Source of the DNA: Callorhinchus milii
Taxonomy: Eukaryota
Assembly: GCF_018977255.1 (NCBI RefSeq)
Contig: NW_024704742.1
Location: forward strand, 1,364,001-1,428,000
Direction: 5' to 3'
Length of the DNA: 64,000 nt
Positions 24,901 through 37,500 of the stretch are shown here, in pieces (the stretch's first letter is position 1; the number at the start of each line of letters is the position of its first letter). The notes under the pieces were generated by a model. It saw only the letters and a list, made by a program, of their open reading frames with translations. It did no database searches and was not told the origin of the DNA. The position numbers and the translations under genes are program-made.

Positions 24901-27900
24901 AAAACATCCTGGCGGCATCGATAGGCAGGTTGATGGCTTTGCTGGAGTTTTTCAACGTTGAAATACATCTTTGGAATGGAACGCCCGAAATATAGAGCCT
25001 CCGAAGGTGGATCTGAAACCTAATTAAATTTACCCAAATAACGTAACAGTTGCCGTAACCTCTGAGCTCTCCCTCCTTTGAAAGGGAATGTGAATGGGGC
25101 TTGTTTTTCCTTGGGGTTTTTCGATCGGTGAATTGGGATTCGAATTCTGCTGTTAGGTCAGGGCAAAAGATTTTACAAACACAGCCGTTCCATGAGTAAT
25201 GGAGAACTGAATGCATTCCCTCATTAGATGTGTCCTGACTGACAATCGTTTTCTTTCCCCCTGCGGTTCTTAGAACTGCTGTCCGAATCGAGACTAAACT
25301 TAAGATATTTTCCACAATTCTGTGCCATCTTACATCTTAAGATGAATGGTGCACTGGCCAACACCACCCACCCCCCCCCCACCACCCCCGCCACCCCCAC
25401 CCCTCCCACCTCCCCAAATAAAATTGGTCATTCAATTTGTGGGTTGTCGTTCACAAATTGGCTGCCCTATTCGCCCCAAAACAGAAGTCACTGCACTTTG
25501 CAGCATATGTTGTGAAGCGCTTTCGAACAATCTCCTGATGTGAAAGTTCTCTGTACCGACTGTCAGGATTATTATTTATTTGCAGGCCAACACTGGGTGG
25601 AATTTTGGAACTCAGGGATTTCTGTAAAAAAAATAAACTTACAACTCAGAATCGGGCAAGTGAACATTAACTTAACCCCGTAACATAAGAGTGATCCTCC
25701 GCTCTTTGATCAAAAGGCAGATTAAAAATGTCTCGTTGATCTTTCAGATTTTCCCAGCAATTTATGTTGTTCGGATTGAATCCCAGAAGGAAATGAAGAG
25801 GAGGACGGAAATCCTCTTTGTGCCCTGGATTTGTACAGACTTTGGGCAACACAAATGTATGTGTTGGGATTTACAGATGAGAACATTATATTCTTTCTAC
25901 TTGTCGGCATTTCTTTTGTGCGCACGTATTGCCTTTAATCTAGCGCGACTAAAAATAGTATGCCCATTTTCCTTTCATTCGCCTTCAAAATGCTTCCTGT
26001 TTATTCTCCAGTTTCACAGATGCCAGCAGTCTCGTCTCAAACAAATAGCCACCCAAGAATCTGTAATCGTGAAAAATGAGCATCAGTGAGCTATTCAGCT
26101 GTGAGGGAGAGGGTTTACCCACAGCTGTTCCCAAACTAAAATGCGTGTCCATTTTCAGCAAAGATCGCAAGCTGTCAATCTGGAAGCTTGAACTCTATTC
26201 CCCTGTCAAAGCACTATTGTTGAGTATATAGATATATAAAGAAACGTACATCCGCTCCCACATACACAAGTTGCGCTGTACAGTTTCCCTGCATTATATT
26301 TGATCACATTTGACCTTTCCGTTCATAAAAGGCTCCCCGTGAGCACCAACTCTTACAATTCCAAAAATGCACAAAGCAGAGTCAATAAACGTATCATCCA
26401 ATGAGCCTTACAATTCCATTTTAAAGCTTGGTTACCCTCTCCTTGCGCAGCTGAGTGAAGGGGGGGTTGGATAGAAAAGTAGGGTGTGAGCCGGTCAGAG
26501 AGGCAGGAGGGTGCTAGGGATTGATGTGATTGTACATTAAAATCAGACATTAAAAAAAATCACCTCTCATTCCCTTCGCGAATATTGTAAATTAGTCCCA
26601 ATAACCCTAACCTTTTCAATAAGGAAAAACACCATTAACAGGAATGAATCATAATAATAATCCTTACATTTAATAGTGCTTTAGAAACATTTTGAAATGT
26701 CTCAAAATTCCTCACAGGATTTTAACGTAAAGATCAGTGACTGTTTATTTCCGGACCAACAAGGCAGCCAATTTGCCCACAGCAATGTCCCACCAACAGC
26801 CCGTGAAGTGAGTGACCAGTTTCATCAGAAAGATCGTTGGCCAGGGATATCGAACAGGCAGAAGAGACCTTGGCACAAAGTTTGGGTTAGAGAGCAACAA
26901 AAAGCGACCCCTATTTCTTTGAAACCTCCCCAGTAATTTAGTCGCTCCTGATCTGTCTGGATGGGAGTCACTATATATATAGAGTTCTGGATAGGAATAT
27001 ATAATCAAGGGATAGATTCATTCTGTTTGCTCTCTTTAACAATGCACCTCAATGAAGGCTCTTTACGCAAAGGTGACATTTATTGGCTCACAAAGATTAG
27101 CGATTGTGAAATGAGCACTAAAAGTTTATTGGCAGACGGCCAACTGTTAAGTCACTGAGAAGTCTGATCCGGATAATTCTAAGGGAATCATTCAACAGTT
27201 TGAAAACAGAATAACCGTGTAATTTTATTAAGAGCATAATGTGTGTTACATCCTCTCCGTAGATTGTATGCTTTCATACATTATTTCTGGAAATCCACAA
27301 TTGGAACAGTTGTCCTCTATGGAATGACAGCATGTGTGATGCCTAACTTGCAGTGGGCCAAATGATAGATATTTCGAGTTGTTTCCTCAAACTGAACCCA
27401 ACACATTCAAGTCATTGGACAAAATTGTAAATTGCAAAGAACGCTGTAGGAGAAGGGTGGAGGTGTTTCTGAAATAAAATTGGCGGGCGGGCTTTGGGTC
27501 ACTCTGCCCCCAACCTCTGGACTCCATCCCGCAAACCTTCCACCTTGCCCTCTCCCTTGCCGCCTTCAAGAACCCGTCTCAAGACCCTCCTCTTCGATCG
27601 TGCCTTCGGTCACCCTGCTTAACACTCCCCCCACCCTCCACCTTCCCTGATCCCGACCCTCAGCTCGGGTCCAAAACCCTTCCCGACGTGAAAGGCGCTA
27701 TACGAATGAAATGGACAACAATGAACGATTTATCCTGGAATTGTTATTTTCCTTGCGGCCCCCTTCCTTGCCACTTACAATTCACTGGCTGAGAGGAAAT
27801 CTCAGGTTGACAGGATGTAGAGGCTGAAAACGAAGAACAAAGTAAAGAAACAGTGCCGAGGCACACAATAGCACAATAGATTTTGTTTCTGCAACTCAGT

Positions 27901-28169
27901 TGCTCTCTGGGTCAAACCCCTGCTGTGTTAAACTTATATTTCATGTAGTTACAGTATATTAATGCCATCTAGAGAAAGTAGCTGAGATTTTCATATCAGG
28001 TATTTTACTTGGATCCACAGCTTGACACATTGCTTTCAAAATCTCTTCACCGATTCAAAACAACACAGTGAGTTTTGCCCGTAGTGACCCGTGGATTTGC
28101 GCTTCCAATACTCACAATACCTCTCTGACAAAAGACAGTCATTGCTGGAATAATGAAAGTCTCACAAAA

Positions 28170-28612
28170 GACATGAGAGACTTCAGTTTGTGGAGAGACT
28201 AGAGAAGCTGGGATCGTTCTCCTTAGGTTAACAGAAGGTTAAGGAGATATTCAATAGATGTGTTCGAAATTATGAGGGGTTTTAATAGAGTAAATAAGGA
28301 GAAACAGTTTCCACTGGCGGTTGGGTCGGTAATCAGAGGACACAGCTTCAAGATAATTGGCAAAAGAATCAGAGGGGAGATGAGGAGAATATTTTTTTAT
28401 ACAGTGATTTGTTACGCTCTGGAATGCATTGTCTGAAAAGCTGGTGGAAGCAGATTCAAATATAACCTTCTAAAGGGAATTGGATATATACTTGAAAAGA
28501 AAAAAATCGCAAGGCTATGGGGTAAGAGCAGGGGAGTGGGACTAATTGGATAGCTCTTTTAAAGAGCCGGCACAGCTACGGTGGGCCGAATGGCCTCCTT
28601 CTGCGCTGTAGG
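28170..28612 (+). mobile_element. CR1 LINE 3' end; others at ~2280-2930(+), 14640-14805(+), 38600-38720(-), 39530-39840(-), 1285-1340(-)
   Basis: ERLEKLGSFSL...RGHSFKI...WNAL... and terminal hairpin gggccgaatggcctccttctg. Confidence 0.88.
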
Positions 28613-29179
28613 ATAGGTGCAGGCATAACAAATTGTAGAGGCAGAGAACTCGATTAATATTGACGCTTTTGGAAACCGTACAAAATCATCAGATTGTAAA
28701 ACTGCCAAGAGCTAATAAAATAGCAGCGAAGGCTCTCAATGAACTGAATGGTTCACTTTGTACCTTGCAGATGTAGCTTCTTGATTAATTCAGCTCACTT
28801 TGCAGGCTCCGCATCTCTCTCATGTTGCAGTGGTTTAACTGTATCATGGAGTAGGCTCTCCTCATTGGGTCCAGCAGCCTGGATTTTGATTCAAGGAGCA
28901 AGTGTTATGCTGTTGTTTGCCAAGTACGGCTACTGTATACCAGCCATTTGCAAACATGTAGCATTGCTCCATGTGTGGCTCATTGAATTGCATTGGAAGA
29001 ATCAACCCGCTCCTGGACTATGATAAATAACCACAAATCGATGGATGGGGAGTGATGGCAAATTGGTGACCAGGCAACAGCTTCTCTTTCTTTCACTCTG
29101 GTTTCCATGAGCTTGGAAAGGCACGTTCCACATTTCAAGATCGGGGTTAAAATTTGTCTTCATTTTGCAATATAAAGCC

Positions 29180-29450
29180 GGAGCTTAGTGGTTAGAGCAC
29201 TTGCCTCGGAAGTGACAGGACCTGGGTTCGATTTCCGGGCAGGGCAAAACGTTGGGCAAGGTTTCTTACTCCCACACACACGCCTGATAATGATCCCTCA
29301 GGGAAAAAAAAAGCAATAATAAATTGGTCACTTCAATCCACGGCTGTTTGTGGGGACGCTGCTGTGCGCAATCGGCTGCCGCGTTTCGCCCACAAATATA
29401 CAGTCAATTCACTTTAAAGTCTATTCTGTGAAGCGCTTTGAGACGTCTGA
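29180..29450 (+). mobile_element. tRNA-derived SINE, short form
   Basis: A/B boxes, internal deletion shared with the 4978 copy, tail truncated after gagacgtct. Confidence 0.88.
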
Positions 29451-30559
29451 ATCTGACCTTCACATTCACAACCCAGCATATTTCACTCCTTGTACAGTAA
29501 ATGTCCTTTCACTCGAGATAACTCTTTTTTCCCATGGTTTTTTTTTCCACCCCTTAGGGTTGGCTCTTGGCCAGAACATTGCCTGAGTGGTTTCTTTTAA
29601 GCTGTGCCCTTGATAACTGACAGCTAAGAAAAATCCAGTAGCGATGCTTTGTGAAGGCTCCACACAATGAGAATTCCCTCAGAGGAAGAGCAGAACCAGC
29701 TCTGTGAGATACAACAGACAAAGCAGTTCTCTAACTATTCAAGATCTGAAGGTCCCTTCTGTTATTGTATCAACCCGTAGGATTCCTTGCAATATACAAA
29801 CAAATGCTTAGGGACTGTAACGCAGACATGGCTGGTTTTTTTAAGCAAACAACAAGTTGAAACCCCACAGAAGTAGATTTAACACAGAGTTGTGTATCCA
29901 CTAATACTATTTTATAAGACCTTGTGAGGTGCAGAAAATACCATTTTTAGACTTCGTATCAAACAAAACGTCAGGCTATTCTGCTTTATTGCCTCGGCAA
30001 ACTAAAGTCCAATCAGGCTAAGCAATGCAATGGGCTGCTCCAACACTCCTCGTTGGAAGATTTCTCTGATCTTGAGATGTACCCCTTTCTCTGACGTCCT
30101 CCTGTTGCCACTCATTCGGTTTTGATAATGAATATTTCTAATTAGGACGGAGCTGTCTGGAGGCAGCCAATGTTAGAGGGACAGCGATGTTTGTTTTTGT
30201 CGTTTTGCCTCGCGTCCGACTTTGCAAAGGCATCAATGGTTAAGATTCGCTGAATTTCAAAATCAGGAAAGCAAAATGATAGACCTCAAGCAACACGGTG
30301 AAGGGGATGAAGAGCTGTTAGCAGAGGCGGTGAAAGCGACGCTCTATAAAATGCTTGTTACGAGGCTTCAAGAAATTACTAAAAAAAATGTAGGCATTCC
30401 TAGTATTTGAAAGTTACGATCCGTCAGATTTACTGGATGGTTTGCTTAATATATCACTATTTGCCTTATGCCTGTAGCTTTGACAAGTTAATAAAGTAAT
30501 TTCTCTCTCAACTGTATTCACTGCCATCTCAATATAAAGGGGTTCCAACAATAACACTT

Positions 30560-30915
30560 ATAACAGCGCTCTCCACGCAGGGTAGAGCCTCAGAGCGCTT
30601 AGCGGTGGCGGAGGCTGATTCCGAGCGGGTGGGGGTGTTTGAAGCTCGGTCGAAGAGGAAAGTTTTCAGGCGGGATTTGAAAGAGGGGGAGAGAGGGGGG
30701 GAAGGCGGAGGGATTGAGGGAGAGTGTTCCAGAGTTTCGGGGCGTAGCGGCTGAAAGCGCGACCTCCGATGGTGGGGCGGAGGGCGTGAGGGACGAGCAA
30801 GAGCCTGGGCCAGTCGAGCGGAGGCGCCGGGTGGTGGATTGGGGAGTGAGGAGGTCGGAGAGGGAGGGAGGGGCCAGGGAGTGAAGGGATTTGAACACGA
30901 GTAAACACTTAAGAC
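30560..30915 (-). mobile_element. L2 LINE 3' fragment (ORF2 C-terminus plus 3' UTR)
   Basis: Translates to LVFKSLHSLAPPSLSDLL...RRLRS...LLVP...TIGGRAFSRYAPKLWNTLPQSLR, the L2 ORF2 C-terminal pattern. Confidence 0.88.
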
Positions 30916-33900
30916 AGATGATGATTCCCAGAGAATATCTCACATTGGATGACGTACGCCCTGTAGCATTAAACACTGTAGGTTATCATTTATTAACAGA
31001 AAGAAAGTCCACAGCAGATGCATGGAAGGATTACCAAAGTCATTCGTAGTCTGTTTTTTGTTCCACGATGCCCTCTCCCTCCTTCGGGTTGTAAATTTGC
31101 TTCTGCCTTTTATTTTAAGGAGAAAGCTTTCTTTCTATTCCGAAGCAATACGAAGTGCAGTTCTCTAGCTTGCATGTCGCTTGCTAATTATCCCTAGGAA
31201 ATGTCGTAGCTTGCACCCAAAGTAATTCCTGCTGCATGGATCATCCGCAGATTGCTGCCACCGCATTTTCTAACAGTCAATCATCATACCGCAAGCTGTA
31301 ATTTTCAAAGCTCTATTTAACATTCATTTCAATTGGGAAATGTGTGCAGTGGGTTTGAAAGGCAGCCTCTGGAGGCTTTATAGTGCTTTCACCTCCTGAT
31401 TGAGTTGCATAATAAATAGTAAGTTAAAGACAGAATATAGAACTCTCCAATGACTCCGATGGTCCAGTGTGTAACTGAGCCGTACAGATCGAGAAGGGGT
31501 CTGATTCAATCCCGGTCAGACAAGGTGGCAGGCACTTCATTTGTTCTCAGTTAAAGCACTTCTACCAGTACTCTGAACTTTGTGGTCACATTGGCATCAC
31601 TGCATCAGTGGAGCACACTGCATTGAATAGATTATGTGCCATTTGCTATACTGAGAGATTCTTAGAAAACTTGTTAACAGTGGGATTAAACTGGGGTCAG
31701 CTAGAGATGCAATCTTGGATGCCCAAAACCTAATGCCTCCCCCCCCAAAAAAAATAATCAATATTGAAATGAACGGTGCTCTACAATGAATAATACCCAG
31801 ACCATCTGAATAACTGTTTGTATAATAATAATCCTTGCATTTGAGACGTCTTCGAGACGTCCCAAAGTGCTTCACAGAGTATATTTTAAAGTGAATTGAC
31901 TTTATATTTGTGGGCGAAACGCGACAGCCAATTGCGAACAGCAGCGTTCCCCACAAACAGTCGTGGATTGAAGTGACCGATTTTTTTTAAAGATATTATT
32001 ACCTTAAATATCTATACTATTCCGTACTAGATTGGGTGAATGTGACACTTTCCTTGAAATCATTAGGCTTACCAATGCATACCAGGTACCGGCATTTCAA
32101 TTACGATTTCTAACTGGACCTGCTTTGTCTTCTCCAAGTGAGGGCCGGGATACCTCTGCCCCATCACACTCTGGCAAGGAAGCTATCAACCTGCGTTGGA
32201 AATACACATGGATCAGGATTTACAATACGATACAGAATTACATTTGTATAGCGAGGACGTCCCAGGGCCCGAGACAGTCGGGGATTTGACTGTGGATTTG
32301 AGGGTGGAGGGCAGGGAGGGTAGGAGGATGGCTGAAGGCGTCGTCGAAGAGGAGGGTTTTGAGACACACCTTGAAGGAGGCAAGGGAAGGAGCGAGGCGA
32401 AGGGAATGTGGGATGGAGTTCCATAGGGTGGGGGCGGAAAGGTTGAATTACTTGGTAAAATCCAGCCAACATTGTTTACGAAAATAGGTCCTTCTTTCAG
32501 TAAATAAGGAACACTTTGACTGGGCAAAAGAGACAATGAACAGTATTTTGGACATGATAAGGCGCTATATCAAATACAAGGTTGATTATTATTCTTATTA
32601 TTATGATTATGATGACAGTGCCCTCCCTCGGGATAACCTCAGGGTGATTGATCCCATTGTATTGCCTTTTAGTGTTGCGCAATTGACGAATTGGTTGCGT
32701 GACACCAAGTAAAATAGAAGAAATTTACACTTTTAGAGCATGTTATCACCCTGAAACGTCTCAAACATGAGCTTCACAGGTGATTACCATCAAGTGTTGT
32801 ACACTTGTGACAACAAGGATTCAGATCTTTGAATGCTCAGCTAATTAATTCTGTTTGTTCAGCAAAGGTTTTCTGCACATGCTGACATGACCGAAATAAA
32901 AAAAATCCTGTGCCGAAAGCCTCCGAGTGTCTTTGCTTTCCAGTAAAGCTCACATAAAATCTAGTCTTATTTTTCACTGACTTCATTTTATTATTTATTA
33001 GTACAACGAGGGCGATTAAATTCCCTTCTTTCTCTTAACTAACGCTCCCCGTTGCTTGAACCGAACGTCACAATGAATGATTTCCCCTGATTGATGATAC
33101 GGTTGAAGACTTCAATCGGTTTCACCGCAAAGCCTCCCCTTTTCCAAAAAGAGACAACCCAGCTTCCTTAGCCTTTGCTGATAGCTTACGTATCCTGACA
33201 TGTGCAGTCACCCTCTCGGCTTGGTTCTGTACCTTCTCAAGGGCAACGAGATTCTAAATATGATTATAACCCTGGAACTTCTTACAGCGAAATACAGTTT
33301 GGGCACATCCAATATCTCATGCGGCAACAGTTAGTACCTCTGGTTTTAATCTTAGCCTTGTTAACTATGACTTCATTCATTTAGTCATTAATTATTATTA
33401 ATGATTATTAATTAGTTATTATCCCCCCCCCACCCCCTTGCCTCCTTCAACCTCCGTCTCAAGACCGTCCTCTTCGACTGCACCTTCGGTCACCCTTCTA
33501 CCCCTAACCTTCCTGTTCTCCAGCCCTCCTGATGCCAATCCCCAGCTCAGGTCCAAATCTCTCACTGTCCAGCGCCCTGGGACATCCTCCCGACGCGAAG
33601 GCCGTTAAACAAGCGTAATTTGCTGTTGTTGTTGTCGTTAATGCCACCCCGTTTTGCCTTTTTTTACCCTGAATTCAATCAGTGGTGAAGGTGAGAAAGA
33701 GGATACACATCACATACACATCCATCAGTAGGTAAGGAGAATCGATTAAAAACCCTGCAAAATAGATTAAAATCGCAGAGGTAATCAGCGGTAAATGACA
33801 AGCATTGATCAGGACTAAAATGGCCATCAATCTGTAAAAGCAAACGTGAAATGTTATTGAGTGATTTATGTTGTCTTTGAATGTGGGGATTGTGTCCCAA

Positions 33901-34269
33901 CCATTCAATGGGCACCAAGACAATTCCTTAGAATTCCTTGCTCTCACAGTTATAATTCCCCCTCCCCTTGTTTTATTTCTTCCCTGGGGTGTGTGTACGG
34001 TCATTCTGCTGGTCGGTAAAAGTTTACCGACATTTGTGATGTGTGCTCTTTTATGGAAATTCACCAGCAAATACCCAGTCACCACACTATACACACTGCA
34101 TGGTAGTGCCACAGGCAGATTTAGACTTACCTTTTAGAATAAACGTCAATAAATGTCTCATACATGGCTCCGATCTCCAAACACACGATTGACAGATATT
34201 GTGGAATGATCGATCCAGAACCTGTGTCCTTATCCTTGAGAAAAATGTCATTGGCAATGTCAGAGAACG

Positions 34270-34555
34270 AACAAACAACAACAACAAATTGCATTTGTTT
34301 AGCACCCTTCATGTCAGAAAGGCATCATCCCCGGGCGCTGGACAATCAGGGATTTTGGACCCGAGCTGGGAGTTGGGGTCAGAAGGGGAGGAGGTGAAGG
34401 ATGGGAGGGTGGCCGAAGGCAGGTCTCCAGACGGGACTTGAAGGAGTCAAGAGAGGGAGTGAGGTGCAGGGATTGCGGGATAGAGTTCCAGAGTGCGGGG
34501 GCAGAGATGCTGAATGCCTGATTGCCAATGGTGGGACGGGAAGTGCGGAGGACCA
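34270..34555 (-). mobile_element. L2 3' end; similar ends at ~4760-4910(+), 7440-7680(-), 12910-13110(+), 16470-16690(+), 27520-27720(+), 32240-32420(-), 33440-33630(+), 40045-40255(-), 49200-49365(+), 50490-50690(-)
   Basis: AFSISAPALWNSIPQSL...FKSRLET followed by the 3' UTR ...gtccagcgcc..gggacgtcctcccgacgtgaaaggcgcta...(TTG)n. Confidence 0.85.
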
Positions 34556-37500
34556 AAAGGTTAAAGCTATTCTGTACAATTCAGTGTGTTAGTGTGCGTG
34601 GTGTGTGTGCAGTGTGCGGGCAGCATTGGAAATACACACGGATCAGGAATTACAATACAATAGTGAAAGGTAAACAGAGGCTTGTGGAGTAAGGAAACCG
34701 CCCAACATTTCGCCCCGCCGTCCTCCCGATGTGAAAGGCGTGGTACAAATGGTAATTTTGTAGATTAGTATAATGTTGTGCTGTGTTAGTTCCAATGGGA
34801 TCTTTAACATCCACTTGCAGAATTACCATCAGCATTATATTGGAGTGTTAAGCTGGACTACAAGTTTAAAGGGAGTTTACGGTAGACTGAAACGTGACAA
34901 ATGTTACACCATTGGAGGTCGCGCCATCAGCATTACGCCTTGAAACTCTGGATCTTGAACCAAGTGATGGTTCGATGGAGGGACTTCAGTATTGAGTTCC
35001 AGAGAGTGGGGACAGACAGGCTGAAAGCCCACCGATGGTAGGGCAGGTACGGTGTGTTACATGAAGCATGTCCAGTGCCTGCGAGAAGCGAAAGTGGTAA
35101 TAATAATAATCCTTGCAAAGTAGTCTTTACTCCACAGGTTTTCACAAGTGCAGGTTTCACATTTACCATCGTTGATGCGAAATTGTCGAACGACTGACAT
35201 GATTTAAAAACGTCAGATTTAAAAAAAAATGCAATGCCACAGAATTAATCAGGTGGGGCTCAACTACACAATATTAATTTGCTAGACGTGTTAAAAGGCA
35301 ATTAATGCTGTCCACCCAAAGTGATTAAAGAAGTGCTGTTGATTGATTGCTTTCATGATGTAGCTGTGTCTGAGATCAACACAGCTAATGTACTTAAACC
35401 CAAGTAATCTGCGGTGGGTGACCAATTTCCGTCTCCAATTTCCAGTGAGACTCCTTGGATGGAGTTCTTGAGTTCAGCAATAAACTGAGCAAGAACAATA
35501 AAATTCTAAAACAGATACACTCACCAGAGAAACACAGCCACTAACCAAACAAGCTTCTCCAATACTGCCGGCATCAGCAATTGTGGCCAGCTCAATCTTT
35601 TTTATATACGTGTCCTCGGATTTGGTTTAGAAAAAGATGGTCCTATCGCATATGGATTGCTGAAGTCGCAAATTTTCCATTTTGTTTTACATTGGAAAAT
35701 CCCACTCTAACCGAATGTTGAAGAAACCCAATGCAATTTGACGTCTGATAAGAGTTCGATACGTCACAATTTATAGTAAGGAGACTGGTGTTTCTCTCAT
35801 CATCTCTATAATAGTAATGAATTCGTCTCTCAATCCACGACTGCTTGTGGGACGCTGCTGTGCACAATTGGCTGCCACTTTTCACCAACAAAATATACAG
35901 TCAATTCACTCTGTGAAGTGCTTTGACACGTCTCAAAGACGCGATAAGCCACTATATCAAATGCAATAGGATTATTATTGTTAATTCAACTATTGGAAAT
36001 GTCAAGTGAGTTAAGAGACTCTATTTTCCCTATTGAATTTCTTTCGACTAGTTAACTCCCCTCCAGAAGATGTTTTGGCTTATTTTTCCTTCCAATGGTA
36101 CTGGGAGTTCTTCATTACTTCTACTAAGTGCCCAGTATTTACATATGAGTCTTGACAGTGAACATGTGCTTCGATCACCATAACAGCTCAAACTTGTGCT
36201 TATCCCGTGCTCATATCTTCAGCAGCAATCAGGAGTGGAAACTGAGTCCGATTTCTCACCTCATTTGCCCTGTCCATTGAGGACAATTTTACCTTTCAGT
36301 AGTTTCAACTTGAAAATGTTTGTTTGTGGAATATTCACTCTCCTGACTGGTATCCACCAGTGAATTGATGGTCGTTCACCACCTGCCTGTTTGGGGACAA
36401 TGCTGTGCGCAAATTGCCTGGCTCGTTCACCTACACAATGCATAGTCACTACACTTTACAGGAAGTGTCATGATGTGTTAAGGCACTGTATGAGATGCAA
36501 AGATTATTATTTATTATTCTGAAGTCTAACGTTCCTTCCTTCTGCAGCACATCTCAACAGAATAAGGTAACAAACAGTTTGACGGGGATATGTGGGAGCA
36601 TAATCATTTCTTAACATCTCCCTCCCAATGTTACTCCTCTTCAGAAGCAACAACAATATTACGTATATATATAAAATATATATATATATATATATAGCTC
36701 CTTTCACATTGGAAGGACGTTCCAAAAAGCATCCAAATATGGAAGTCTGTTACATTGCTGCAATATGCAATGGACACACAACAAACTTCCACATTCATCA
36801 CACCCAATAGCTGCACCGATTGAGTGAATGTGTATATAGGAATGGGTCATTATATGTACTGTTGATCATTTCATCAATGAGTATTTATTTCAATTTATCC
36901 ATGTTTATCATTGAGATATTCTGGAAGAGCAGTTCTTTTCTAGAGAATAGCTACTTCGGCGTAGCGACTTTTTTTAAAAAAAACAGAAAATCTGCTCATT
37001 TCCACCAGTGATAAGTGGGAAAATACAAATCTCACATAAAGTAAATTGGATATTTAAGTTATACCATTCAGATTTATGGGTTTTCAAGATATAAGGGGAT
37101 TTCAAGGCCATTGAAAGCTGACTGAGGATATATGAATGTTTCAAAACGCTGGAAAATGAAGAACTACGAAAAATAACCATTGGTAGTTGAAAGCACAAGT
37201 TTCCCCTGGTAAATAAATCAAACTGACAAACTACTTAATCCTTTGAAACAGAATTACTACACATCGCGGTATATAAAAGAACGTCCTTTTCGGTTTCGCA
37301 GTATAAATCTTTGCTGAGGACCAATTTTTTTTAACCCGTTGTTTGAGACACAGGGTGAGGAAGCAAAACAATGTTTTTTTAAAAAATATTAAAATAGAAA
37401 TAAGATATACACTTAATTGAGTTTGACATAGAGCCTTTCGCTTTGGGAGGAAGACTCAAAGTGCTTCACATCCAGCTAATAGGTGCGAACTAGTACGATA

